DNA of 64,000 nt, from NCBI GenBank assembly GCA_965221125.1, contig CBDCRW010000005.1, forward strand, positions 288,001 to 352,000. The letters are read 5' to 3'. A program made the translations under genes and the position numbers. The notes under the pieces were generated by a model. The model saw nothing but the letters and a program-made list of their open reading frames with translations, ran no database searches and was not told the origin of the DNA. This DNA is from Alphaproteobacteria bacterium. GTDB lineage: Bacteria; Pseudomonadota; Alphaproteobacteria; UBA828. This document shows, one piece after another, positions 53,547 to 63,080 of the stretch; positions within the stretch are counted from its first letter, which is position 1; each line of letters opens with the position of its first letter.

Positions 53547-54986
53547 ATGGCAATCGCGGGCGAGTTCGGAAACCACGATGCGCTCGGTTTGGCCCGGCTC
53601 GTTCGCGATGGCGAGGTGTCCGCCGCCGAGGTGATGGATGCGGCGATCGAGCGGATCGAGGCCGTCAATCCCAAGCTCAATTTCATCGCGGTGAAGTGCT
53701 ACGAGCTGGGACGATCGCTCGCCGCGGGCGGGATTCCGGTCGGTCCGTTCATGGGTGTGCCCTTCCTCCTCAAGGACAGCTTCATGGACTACGAGGGCAC
53801 GGTCTCGACCCAGTGCTGCAGGATGTTCAGGGACTACGTGTCGACCTTCGACATGGGGGCCGTGACGAGCGCGAAGGCGGCGGGCTTCCTGCTGGTGGCG
53901 AAGACCACGGCGCCCGAGTGTGGCTGGGGCTCGCAGACGGAATCTCCGCTCTTCGGCGACACGCGCAATCCGTGGCACCCGGACCACACGCCGGGCGGCT
54001 CCAGCGGCGGCGCGGCGAGCGCGGTGGCCGCCCGCGTCCTGCCGATCGCAAGCGCGGCCGATGGCGCGGGGTCCATCCGCTTTCCCGCCGGCGATTGCGC
54101 GCTGGTGGGCCTCAAGGTCTCGCGCGGGCGCACCACCTTCAATCCGGCCTACCCGGACGTGCTCTACGGTGGCGGCGTCGTCGGCTGCGTGTCGCTCAGC
54201 GTGCGCGACACGGCGGCCTACACCGATGCCGTCGCCGACTACTCGCCCGCCAACCAGTACCGCCTCCCCAAGCCGGCGCGGCCGTATGTGGAAGAGACCG
54301 CGAGAGACCCGGCGAGGCTGCGGATCGGCTACGCCACGAAGTCGCCGAGCGGGCTGCCGCTCGACGCCGACTGCGTCGCCGCGGTCGAGGCGGCGGCGGC
54401 GCTTTGCGAGTCACTCGGGCATGACGTCGAGCAAACCGGCTTCGACTACGATTTTGCCGGCATGGCCGAGCTCGAGCGCCGCTTCGTGACCATCCTGCAC
54501 GCCATGGTCTACGACTTCGCGCGCAAGGAATACGGGCGCGAGCCGGCGGAGGACGAGTTCTCGAGCTTCGTCCGGTCCTCGGCGGCCGAAGCCGGGCAGA
54601 TCTCCGGCCTTCAGCATGCTTCGGACATCGCCGCCTACCGCCGGCTGAGCGCGGACATGCTCGCGATCAGCGCGCCCTACGACGTGGTGCTGACGCCGAA
54701 CCGGGTGATCTCCACGCCCAAGGTGGGCCGGCAGAACGTGGCGACGACCCCTTACGAGGAGTACTGGCGCCAGATCATGCTGGAGGACATCCCCTTTACC
54801 GTGGTCGCGAACTGGACCGGCCAGCCCGCCATATCGGTGCCGGTCTACTGGAACGCGATGGACGTGCCGATCGGCATTCAGTTCATGGGGCGCATCGGCG
54901 ACGAAGCGACGCTTCTCCGCCTCGCCGGTCAGATCGAGCGGGAGCGGCCGTGGTTCGATCGACGGCCGCAGATTTGCTGCGACTAG
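53547..54986 (+). CDS. Amidase (amidase signature family)
   Basis: GVPFLLKD, TRNPW, GGSSGG, DGAGSIRFPA, GLK, GQPAISVP; AGGAGG RBS. Confidence 0.92.
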   Translation: MAIAGEFGNHDALGLARLVRDGEVSAAEVMDAAIERIEAVNPKLNFIAVKCYELGRSLAAGGIPVGPFMGVPFLLKDSFMDYEGTVSTQCCRMFRDYVSTFDMGAVTSAKAAGFLLVAKTTAPECGWGSQTESPLFGDTRNPWHPDHTPGGSSGGAASAVAARVLPIASAADGAGSIRFPAGDCALVGLKVSRGRTTFNPAYPDVLYGGGVVGCVSLSVRDTAAYTDAVADYSPANQYRLPKPARPYVEETARDPARLRIGYATKSPSGLPLDADCVAAVEAAAALCESLGHDVEQTGFDYDFAGMAELERRFVTILHAMVYDFARKEYGREPAEDEFSSFVRSSAAEAGQISGLQHASDIAAYRRLSADMLAISAPYDVVLTPNRVISTPKVGRQNVATTPYEEYWRQIMLEDIPFTVVANWTGQPAISVPVYWNAMDVPIGIQFMGRIGDEATLLRLAGQIERERPWFDRRPQICCD

Positions 54987-54991
54987 CTCCC

Positions 54992-55025
54992 GAATCTTGA
55001 CACGATTCCGGGTGCGGCATACCGT
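54992..55025 (+). promoter_or_regulatory. Sigma70 promoter with a palindrome around the -35 box
   Basis: TTGACA (54997)-17 nt-TACCGT; the -35 is flanked as GAATC-N7-GATTC. Confidence 0.6.
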
Positions 55026-55065
55026 CGTTGGACAAGAAAAAACCGAATGTAGGGAGGATTAGAGA

Positions 55066-56022
55066 ATGAAACGGCTCACGATTTCTGTTCTCACGGCGCT
55101 CCTAGTTTTGGCCGGCGCCTCCAAACTTTATGCAGAAGAAGACAAGGGCGCGGTCGCGATGAGCTTCGGCGGCTCGACCATCGCGCTCTGGAACGACATC
55201 ATCGCGCTGATGGAGCCATCCCTTGCAAGCAAGGGATACCAGCTCATCACGCATGATCCGCAGTTCCGCGTCGAGCAGCAGGTGCAGGACTGGAAGTCCT
55301 GGATCGCGCAGCGCAAAGTCAAGGCGATCATGGGCTGGCCGATCAACGCGGACGCCATGATCCCGGTGACGCGGCAGGCCCAGGATGCCGGCATCCCGGT
55401 GATCGGCTACGCCGTGCACTGGCGTGGCATCTCGGCGGCGATGCTGACCAATCCCGAAAAGGACGGCAGGTCGATCGCCGAGTATGCGGTCAACTGGGTC
55501 ACGGAGAACATCGGCGCGGACGCGGCCGTCGAGATCTGCGTGCTCAGCGACGAGCAGAACGACCTGACCGCGTTGCGCGTCAAGGGCATCTACGAAGGCG
55601 TCAAGGAAGGCCTGCCCAACGCCCAAGTCTACAAGGTGCCGGCGCTCTCGCGCGAGAACGGCTACACAGCGGCCAAGCAGCAGCTCACGGCGCATCCGGA
55701 TACGACCATCTGGCTCTCCTTCTCGAACGACAACATGAAGGGGGTCTACAAGGCGCTGACGGATGCGGGCGTGGCGCCGGACGATCCGCGCTACTTCCTC
55801 GCCGGCATGGACGTGACCAACGAAGATCTCGACCTGATCCAGCTTCCGAACAGCATCTACCGGATGGCCTTCGCCTTCCGCAGCGAGACGCTCGCCGAGG
55901 TGAACGAGAACTTCCTGGTCGCGGCGGCGGAAGGTCAGCCCCTTGAGGACGTTTACGTCCTGCCGGAGCTGGTCAATCCCGAGACGGCGAAGAACTTCTA
56001 CGTCGGCAACGTGAGGCACTGA
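55066..56022 (+). CDS. Sugar-type (RbsB-like) ABC substrate-binding protein
   Basis: Signal peptide, AGIPVI, SNDN, AGMD; GGGAGGA RBS. Confidence 0.85.
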   Translation: MKRLTISVLTALLVLAGASKLYAEEDKGAVAMSFGGSTIALWNDIIALMEPSLASKGYQLITHDPQFRVEQQVQDWKSWIAQRKVKAIMGWPINADAMIPVTRQAQDAGIPVIGYAVHWRGISAAMLTNPEKDGRSIAEYAVNWVTENIGADAAVEICVLSDEQNDLTALRVKGIYEGVKEGLPNAQVYKVPALSRENGYTAAKQQLTAHPDTTIWLSFSNDNMKGVYKALTDAGVAPDDPRYFLAGMDVTNEDLDLIQLPNSIYRMAFAFRSETLAEVNENFLVAAAEGQPLEDVYVLPELVNPETAKNFYVGNVRH

Positions 56023-56064
56023 CTGCGCCCCGCTTCGCCGGGCGGACGCAGTCGCCGCCGTCCC

Positions 56065-57573
56065 ATGGAGCAAACGGCCGGCGCTCCCGCTGCCGCCGCG
56101 AGTGACGCGGAAGCGGGGGCGCCGTTGCTCCGCATGGAAAGCGTCCATGTCGCGTTCGGCGGCAATGTGGCGCTCGCCGATGTGGCCTTCGACATTCGTC
56201 CGGGCGAGATCGTCGGGCTGCTGGGGCACAACGGGGCCGGCAAGTCGACACTCGTGAACGTCGCCACCGGCGCGCTCCGTCCCCAGCGCGGCACGATGGA
56301 GGTGGAGGGGCGGCCGGTGCCCCTGCGCGGCAACCCGCGCGACATGGAGCGGGCGGGCATCAAGGTGATCCACCAGGAGCCCGCGCTCTCCGAAAACCTT
56401 TCGGTCGCGGACAACATCACCCTCGGCCGGGCGGACGAGCGGCTCTCGCCCCGAAAGCGCCGGCAAATCGCGCGCGACGCGCTGGCGCTTCTGGGCTCGA
56501 CGCTGCACGTCGATCTGCCGGTGTCCGCGCTTGCTTTTGGCGAGAAGCAGGTCGTCGACCTGGCGCGCGCGCTGTCGACGCACCTGCATGTGCTGCTGCT
56601 CGACGAGCCCACCGGCGCGCTCGGCCAGCACGAGGCCGACCGCCTGCACGATCTCCTGCGCCGGCTCGCCTCGGAGGGCCACGGCATCGTCTATGTCTCG
56701 CACCGCCTGCGCGACATCCTGGAGGTCTGCACGCGCCTCGTCGTCCTGCGCGGCGGCCACGTCGTGCTCGACCGGCCGGCTGCGGGCTTCGGCATCGCCG
56801 AACTTTCGGCCGCGCTCGTGCCGGAGATGCAGGAGATCGAGCACGTCCATGTCGACAGCACGCCCGAAGAGACCATGCTCGGCGTCGACTGGGCCGGCGG
56901 GCAGCATTTCCAATTCCAGCGGGGCGAGATCGTCGGCCTGTTCGGCATGGCGGCGGGGCCACAGTTCACGTTCCTCGAGGCGCTCTACGGCCTCGGCGAG
57001 CGCGTCGACGCCGAGCTCGACGGCCGGCGCTTCGCGCCGCATTCACCGCGCGAGGCCATCCGGCGCGGTGTGTACTACGTCAGCGCCAACCGCGAGCGCG
57101 ACGGCCTGCTCGCGCACATGTCCTCGCTCGACAACTTCGTCCTGCCGTGGATGCGCCATCACACCAGGTTTCTCGCCTTCTCCCATGCGAAGGCGGCGAA
57201 GGTCTACGCGCGCGCCGAAGAGGCGCTCAACGTCGAGACCGGACATATCGACGACCCCATCGTCGCGCTGAGCGGCGGCAATCGCCAAAAGCTCGTCGTC
57301 GGCCGCTGGCTCTTCGGCCGCCAGCCCAAGGTCCTGCTGCTCTCCCAGCCAACGCAGGGAGTCGACGTCGGGGCGCGGGCCGACATCGCGCGGGCATTGC
57401 GGCGCCTGACGGGTGAGGGCGTGACGGTGCTGGTCGCGTCCTCCGAATCCGACGAGATCGAACTCCTCTGCGACCGCGCCTTCGTCTGCGAGGGCACGCC
57501 CTGGCAGGCATCCGAGCGGGCGGCGGACTGGAGCGAGCGCCTGCTCGAAGCCCTCATCCGGCGGGCGGCATGA
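56065..57573 (+). CDS. Sugar ABC transporter ATP-binding protein (two NBDs, RbsA-like)
   Basis: GHNGAGKS, LLLDEPT, LSGGNRQK, QPTQGVDVG. Confidence 0.9.
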   Translation: MEQTAGAPAAAASDAEAGAPLLRMESVHVAFGGNVALADVAFDIRPGEIVGLLGHNGAGKSTLVNVATGALRPQRGTMEVEGRPVPLRGNPRDMERAGIKVIHQEPALSENLSVADNITLGRADERLSPRKRRQIARDALALLGSTLHVDLPVSALAFGEKQVVDLARALSTHLHVLLLDEPTGALGQHEADRLHDLLRRLASEGHGIVYVSHRLRDILEVCTRLVVLRGGHVVLDRPAAGFGIAELSAALVPEMQEIEHVHVDSTPEETMLGVDWAGGQHFQFQRGEIVGLFGMAAGPQFTFLEALYGLGERVDAELDGRRFAPHSPREAIRRGVYYVSANRERDGLLAHMSSLDNFVLPWMRHHTRFLAFSHAKAAKVYARAEEALNVETGHIDDPIVALSGGNRQKLVVGRWLFGRQPKVLLLSQPTQGVDVGARADIARALRRLTGEGVTVLVASSESDEIELLCDRAFVCEGTPWQASERAADWSERLLEALIRRAA

Positions 57574-57604
57574 GGGCGCGGGACATCACTCCGGGTGCCG
57601 TGAC

Positions 57605-58630
57605 ATGACGACCATGGATCTCGCCAGAAGAGTCCAGTTCGCGCTCGCCCGGAACGGGACCCTGGTCGGTCTCGTCATCCTGATCATCTTCTTCAACTTC
57701 GCGAACGAGCATTTCCTGACCCTGGCCAACGCGCGCAACGTGGGCGAAGCCGTCTCCGCGCTCGGCGTCGTGTCGATCCCGCTTGCGCTGCTGGTCATCT
57801 GCGGCGCGGTCGACCTTTCGGTCGGCTCGATCGCGAGCTTCGCTGGCATCATCGGCGCGCTCATCATGCGCGATACCGGCTCCACCGTGGGCGGCATCGC
57901 GGCGGGGCTGGGGGTCGGGCTCGCCGCCGGCACGATCAACGGCATCCTCGTGAGCTACCTGCGGCTCAACTCCATCGTCGTGACGCTGGGCGCGCTCTCG
58001 GTCTGGGGCGGGCTCGCGCTCTACGTCACCGGCGGGCGTACCGTGGCCGGGCTGCCCGACGCCTTCATCGACCTCGGCCTGATCCGGGTCGGCGGCATCC
58101 CGCTCGAAATCTTCATCCTGGCCGCGGCGATCATCTACGGGGTCCTCGTGCTGGAAAGGCTACCCTACGGCCGGCGGCTCAAGGCCGTAGGCGGCAACCA
58201 GCGGGTGGCCTTCCTCATGGGCGTGCCGGTCCAGCGGGTGCAGTTCCTGATGTTCGTCCAGGTCGGTATCGCCTCGGGCCTCGCCGGCCTGATGCTCGCC
58301 TCAAAGCTTGCCGCCGCGACGCCGATCACGGGTCAGGGCCTGGAGATCAACGCGCTCACCGTGGTGCTGCTCGGCGGCGTGGCCTTCGCCGGCGGGATCG
58401 GCCGCATCTCCGGCGTGGTCGCCGGCCTGTTCTTCGTGGGCGTGCTGCGCAACGGGCTGGTCGTCACCGATACGTCCCAGTTTCTGCAGCAGGTGCTCAT
58501 CGGGGTGACGCTCATCGCCGCCGTCGCCATTGACGACACCTTCCGGCAGACGATGTTCGGATCACCTGGAGCCGCCAGGAAGGCGCGCAGAGGCAAACGC
58601 AAGACGAAAGGTAAGGACCCCCCTCCCTAG
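57605..58630 (+). CDS. Sugar ABC transporter permease (RbsC-like)
   Basis: VDLSVGS, VVTLG, YGRRLKAVGGN, VLLGGV..GG.G. Confidence 0.9.
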   Translation: MTTMDLARRVQFALARNGTLVGLVILIIFFNFANEHFLTLANARNVGEAVSALGVVSIPLALLVICGAVDLSVGSIASFAGIIGALIMRDTGSTVGGIAAGLGVGLAAGTINGILVSYLRLNSIVVTLGALSVWGGLALYVTGGRTVAGLPDAFIDLGLIRVGGIPLEIFILAAAIIYGVLVLERLPYGRRLKAVGGNQRVAFLMGVPVQRVQFLMFVQVGIASGLAGLMLASKLAAATPITGQGLEINALTVVLLGGVAFAGGIGRISGVVAGLFFVGVLRNGLVVTDTSQFLQQVLIGVTLIAAVAIDDTFRQTMFGSPGAARKARRGKRKTKGKDPPP

Positions 58631-59006
58631 GTGCATGACTAGCTGTGGAGCGTCAATAGGTTGTCCTGGGCCAGGCGGGGTCTGCTCGCACATCCTCCAT
58701 GAGGAACGCTGACACATCGATCACAATCGATTGATACCGGATCTGGATCCGCTGGAGCCTTACTGAATTGCCACTGTAGCTGACAATTTCGGTGTGCGGG
58801 GGTCGGGTTTTCGCGGACCGCTGCGCGGCGAGACACCGAAATTTATTTTTCTTCTTGAATTCCGCCGTCCTTTCGGCGGTTCACACGAATGATGTTGGGC
58901 GGCCGAATAGGTGTCAAGCACGCGTCCCGCCCGATCCGCCTCGACGGGGTTCCGGCGCTTTGCGATACTCGCGCATCGCAAGCGAAGCCGCCGGGGAGGA
59001 CTGGTC

Positions 59007-60212
59007 ATGGAGGTCGCGGAACGCATGGGCGGCCTGCCGCGGATCGGCCTCGACATCATGGGGGATCTCGCCGACGAGCAGGACAGCACGGGAACCGGCG
59101 CCGAGCCTTCCTTCCGGCTCGAGAACGCCGACAGCGACATCCCACCGCCAGAGATCGCCGTCCGGGCGACGCGCGAGACGGTGGGGCAGGACGCCTACAA
59201 CAGCTGGCTGCCGCTGGTCGGCCTGCGTGAGCTGAGACAGGCGGTCGCGGACAGCATCCGCCGCGACGACGGCCTCGACTACGACTGGTCGAGCGAAGTC
59301 ATCATCACCAACGGGGTACAGGAGGGACTGCTCTCCACCTTGCTCGCGCTGCTGGACCCGGGCGACGGGGTGATCACGCCGGAGCCCGCCTACTCCGGCA
59401 TCATCAACCGCATCCGCCTCGCCCACGGCGTGCCGCTCTTCGTGCCGCTGCGCGAGGAGCGGGGTTGGCGCCTCGACCTCGACGAGCTGGAACGGCAGGG
59501 GGCCGAGGCGAGCGCCAAGGCGATCGTCTTCAATGCCACCAACATGCCGACCGGCGTGCTCTACACGCGGGACGAGCTCGACGCCATCGCCGACCTTGCA
59601 AGGCGGCGCGACCTCTGGGTCGTCTATTCCGCGCCGACGTCGCGGCTCACCTTCGATGTCGAGCGCGCGCCCAACATCGCCACCTGGCCCGGCATGCGGG
59701 AGCGGACCATCATCCTCGACGGGGTCTCCAAGGACTTCAACATGACCGCCTGGCGGATCGGCTGGGCGGTGGCCGACAAGGCGGTGATCGAGCACGTCGG
59801 CAAGGCGCACATGTACAACGGCACACTCACCAGCGCCTTCGCCCAGGCCGGCGTCATCGCCCTGCTGAACGATCATGAGAACGCGCGGGCGTACTTGCGC
59901 AACTGCGCTCGCATCCTCGCCGAGCGCGGGCGCGTCGCCGCAGACGGCCTCAACGCGGTTCCGGGACTCAGCTGCGTGCCGCCGGAGGGCGGCTGGTGGT
60001 TCCTGCTGGACCACCGGGCGTTGGAAGCGGACGACGCGGCGTTCGCGCACGCCCTGCTGGAGCAGGCCAACGTCGCGGTGACGCCCATGGGCACGTGGGG
60101 CCCGTCGACGGCGATGGGCCATGTGCGCATCATTTTCGCCAACGAGCCCACAGACCGCCTGCGCGAGGCGGTCTCGCGCATCGGCCAAGTGGCGGCGGGA
60201 TTCCAGGCCTGA
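59007..60212 (+). CDS. PLP-dependent aminotransferase class I/II, MrsB-like subfamily
   Basis: RLENADSD, NSWLPLVG, NMPTG, SKDFNMTAWRIGW; GGGGAGGA RBS before ATG 59007. Confidence 0.85.
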   Translation: MEVAERMGGLPRIGLDIMGDLADEQDSTGTGAEPSFRLENADSDIPPPEIAVRATRETVGQDAYNSWLPLVGLRELRQAVADSIRRDDGLDYDWSSEVIITNGVQEGLLSTLLALLDPGDGVITPEPAYSGIINRIRLAHGVPLFVPLREERGWRLDLDELERQGAEASAKAIVFNATNMPTGVLYTRDELDAIADLARRRDLWVVYSAPTSRLTFDVERAPNIATWPGMRERTIILDGVSKDFNMTAWRIGWAVADKAVIEHVGKAHMYNGTLTSAFAQAGVIALLNDHENARAYLRNCARILAERGRVAADGLNAVPGLSCVPPEGGWWFLLDHRALEADDAAFAHALLEQANVAVTPMGTWGPSTAMGHVRIIFANEPTDRLREAVSRIGQVAAGFQA

Positions 60213-60216
60213 GCCC

Positions 60217-61302
60217 ATGTCAGTCTCAGGTCATTTCTCCGCCGACTATGTGGAGGCGCGCGGAAAGTTCCTGGATGCCTGCGCCGAGGCAGGCGCGGTT
60301 CTCACCCATCATCTGAATCCCAACGCCACCGGACCGGACGGCAGCGCGCTCTATACCGACGTCGCGCAGCTCGGGCCGGCGGATGCCGAGCTGCTCCACA
60401 TCGTCGCCTCCGCGACCCACGGCGTGGAGGGATTTCTGGGCTCGGGCTGCCAGATCGGCTTCCTGCGCGAGGCCATCGTGGACGAACGGCCGCAGGAGTG
60501 TTGCCTGCTCCTGGTTCATGCGATGAACCCCTACGGCTTCGCCCACGCGCGGCGGGCGACCGAGAACAATGTCGACCTCAACCGCAACTTCGTCGACCAC
60601 AGCCGGCCCTATCCGCAGAAGCCCGACTACGACGCGGTTCACCCGCTGCTGTTCCCCGCCGACTGGGACGGGCCGGCGCGGGAGGCCGCGGACCGGGGTA
60701 TCGCGGCCTACATTGCCGAACACGGCTTCGCGGCCTACCAGAGCGCCGTCAGCAGCGGTCAATACAAACACCCCGACGGCATCTTCTACGGCGGGAACGC
60801 GCCCGCCTGGTCCAACCTCAATTGGCGCCGGCTGCTGGCCGAGCATGTGCCGGGGTGGCGCCGGGTCGCCTTCCTCGACCTCCACACCGGGCTCGGGCCC
60901 TACGGCTACGGCGAGCCGATCTTTCTGAGCTGGCCCGACATGGCGCAGTACGAGCGGGCGCGTCAGTGGTATGGCGCCGACGTAACGGCGCCCGAAGCGG
61001 GAGACTCCACGTCGTCAGCGGTCCAAGGCGTGGTGGCGGCGGCCTTCGACGATCTCGACAGCGATGCCGAGGTGACGGCGATCGCGCTCGAATACGGCAC
61101 GATCCCGGTTACCGACGTGCTGGAGGCGATGCGAGCCGAGAATTGGCTCTACGTCCACGGCGACCCCGCCTCGCCCATGGGCCGCGCCATCAAGCGCCAG
61201 TTCCGCGATGCCTTCTATTGCGACGCGGACGACTGGAAAGAGCTTGTGTGGGAACGCGCAGTCGAGATCCTGCGCCGAGGTTTCGCCGGGCTCGCGGGCT
61301 GA
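60217..61302 (+). CDS. DUF2817 / M14-like zinc carboxypeptidase or deacylase
   Basis: ATHGVEG (HxxE), NPYGF, NVDLNRNF, DLHTGLG, EYGT. Confidence 0.85.
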   Translation: MSVSGHFSADYVEARGKFLDACAEAGAVLTHHLNPNATGPDGSALYTDVAQLGPADAELLHIVASATHGVEGFLGSGCQIGFLREAIVDERPQECCLLLVHAMNPYGFAHARRATENNVDLNRNFVDHSRPYPQKPDYDAVHPLLFPADWDGPAREAADRGIAAYIAEHGFAAYQSAVSSGQYKHPDGIFYGGNAPAWSNLNWRRLLAEHVPGWRRVAFLDLHTGLGPYGYGEPIFLSWPDMAQYERARQWYGADVTAPEAGDSTSSAVQGVVAAAFDDLDSDAEVTAIALEYGTIPVTDVLEAMRAENWLYVHGDPASPMGRAIKRQFRDAFYCDADDWKELVWERAVEILRRGFAGLAG

Positions 61303-61411
61303 GCCGGGGCGCCGAAGACCGTTGGCGGCAGACCATGACGGCATGGTCGCGCCGCGCTACGCTAGGAGACACCAAAGACAAACAAGAGCGCATGCTCACA
61401 GGGAGGAAGAC

Positions 61412-62986
61412 ATGAAAATTCGATTGGACCTTACGCGGCGGGGCTTTGGCCGCCTTATTGGGGCGTGTCTGGTTGCCGGCGTGTTTGCATTCGTCGCGTC
61501 CGCCGTGCCGCAGAGCGCGCAGGCTCAGCGGGTCGGCGGCACGCTCAAGCTGGCCTTCGGCCATGACGCCGGCGACTTCGATCCGGCCAAGGCGGCCTAC
61601 GGCATGTCCCACGCCGTGATCGAGCAGGTGTTCTCGGGGCTGACGGCACTCGATGCGGACGCCAATCCCTACCCCGACGTCGCCGAGTCCATCGACATCT
61701 CGGAGGACGGCCTGGTCTACACCTTCCATCTCAGGAAGGGCGTCAACTTCCACGACGGCACGCCGTTCACGGCCGAGGACGTCAAGTTCACCTTCGATCG
61801 TCTCAAGGACCCGGAGACGGGCTACCCCTACGCCGTTCAGCTCGCCTCCCTCGAGGAGACGACCGTGATCGACGATCACACGGTGCAGATGCGGCTCTCG
61901 GTGCCGACCGGGCCGTTCCTCGTCAATCTCGCCTTCCCAGGCTCCGCGATCGTTTCGAAGTCGATCGTCGAATCGGGGCATGACCTCGGCGCGACACCGA
62001 TCGGCACGGGGCCCTTCAAGTTCGTGAGCTACCAGCCGGGCACGATGACCAAGTTCGTGCGCAACCCGGACTATTACGAGGGCGACAAGCCTTACTTCGA
62101 GGCGATGGAGTACCGGACCATCGCTGACGAGACGGCCATCACCAACGCGCTGCTCTCGGGCGTGGTCGACTTCTCGAACGCGATCGCGGCCAAGGACTGG
62201 GCCACCGTGGAGGCCAATCCCGACCTCACCAAGGTGCCGATCGAGGGCGGCCGCTGGTTCTGGGTCGGCGTCAACAACAACGCCGAGCCGCTCAACAGCA
62301 ACCTGGTGCGCCAGGCCATCGCCCATGCGGTGGACCGCCAGGCCATCGTCGATGCGGTCTTCTACGGCCTCGCCAAGCCCATCCGCGGCGGCGTGGTGCC
62401 CGAGTGGAGCTGGGGCCATGCGGCGGATCTCAAGGTGTTCGACACCGGCGCCAATCCCGACAAGGCGAAGGCGCTGCTCGCCGAGGCCGGCTATCCGGAC
62501 GGCTTCGACATCACCTTCAAGATCGGCACCGAGTGGCCGCCGCTGATGGCGATGGGGCCGTTGATCCAGGCCAACCTGATGGCGGTCGGCATCAATGCCG
62601 AGATCTCGACCATGGGCACGGCGCAGTGGCTGGACGAGGTGTTCACCGCGCGCGACTACCACATCACCGACATGTACTGGCTGAGCCCGCTGGCCGATCC
62701 GGACGACTTCACGACGCTGAACTACCAGTGCGAGAACTCGATGAACTTCCAGGGATCGTGCAGCGAGGAGATGGATGCCCTGCTGGACGAGGCCCGCTCG
62801 GCCACCACGCAGGAGGCGCGCAAGGACGCCTACCGGCGCATGCAGGAGCTGTCGATGGAGCAGATGACTCTGGTTCCGCTTGTCAGCGCGCTCATCCTCC
62901 ATGCACACACCGACAAGCTGAAGGGCTTCAAGCCCATGCGCACGGGCTTCCTGAAGACGCTCAAGGACGCCTGGCTCGAAGAGTAG
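61412..62986 (+). CDS. Peptide/nickel-family ABC substrate-binding protein with Tat-like leader
   Basis: TRRGF leader, YTFHLRKGVNFHDG, PIGTGPF, VRQAIAHAVDR. Confidence 0.92.
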   Translation: MKIRLDLTRRGFGRLIGACLVAGVFAFVASAVPQSAQAQRVGGTLKLAFGHDAGDFDPAKAAYGMSHAVIEQVFSGLTALDADANPYPDVAESIDISEDGLVYTFHLRKGVNFHDGTPFTAEDVKFTFDRLKDPETGYPYAVQLASLEETTVIDDHTVQMRLSVPTGPFLVNLAFPGSAIVSKSIVESGHDLGATPIGTGPFKFVSYQPGTMTKFVRNPDYYEGDKPYFEAMEYRTIADETAITNALLSGVVDFSNAIAAKDWATVEANPDLTKVPIEGGRWFWVGVNNNAEPLNSNLVRQAIAHAVDRQAIVDAVFYGLAKPIRGGVVPEWSWGHAADLKVFDTGANPDKAKALLAEAGYPDGFDITFKIGTEWPPLMAMGPLIQANLMAVGINAEISTMGTAQWLDEVFTARDYHITDMYWLSPLADPDDFTTLNYQCENSMNFQGSCSEEMDALLDEARSATTQEARKDAYRRMQELSMEQMTLVPLVSALILHAHTDKLKGFKPMRTGFLKTLKDAWLEE

Positions 62987-63006
62987 GTGCACGTTTGGTA
63001 AGAGAC

Positions 63007-63040
63007 GCCCCGGAGGGTTCCGCCCTCCGGGGTTTTCCCC
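63007..63040 (+). terminator. Intercistronic hairpin (terminator or mRNA stabiliser)
   Basis: CCCCGGAGGG-TTCCG-CCCTCCGGGG followed by TTTT. Confidence 0.6.
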
Positions 63041-63080
63041 TCAAGCGGCGGGCGAGCCCCGCTGAAGCGGCGCACACGGC

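Noticed and set aside
56900-57400. Degenerate Walker motifs in the second NBD of the sugar ABC ATPase
   Set aside because: A degenerate second site is normal for RbsA/MglA-type ATPases.
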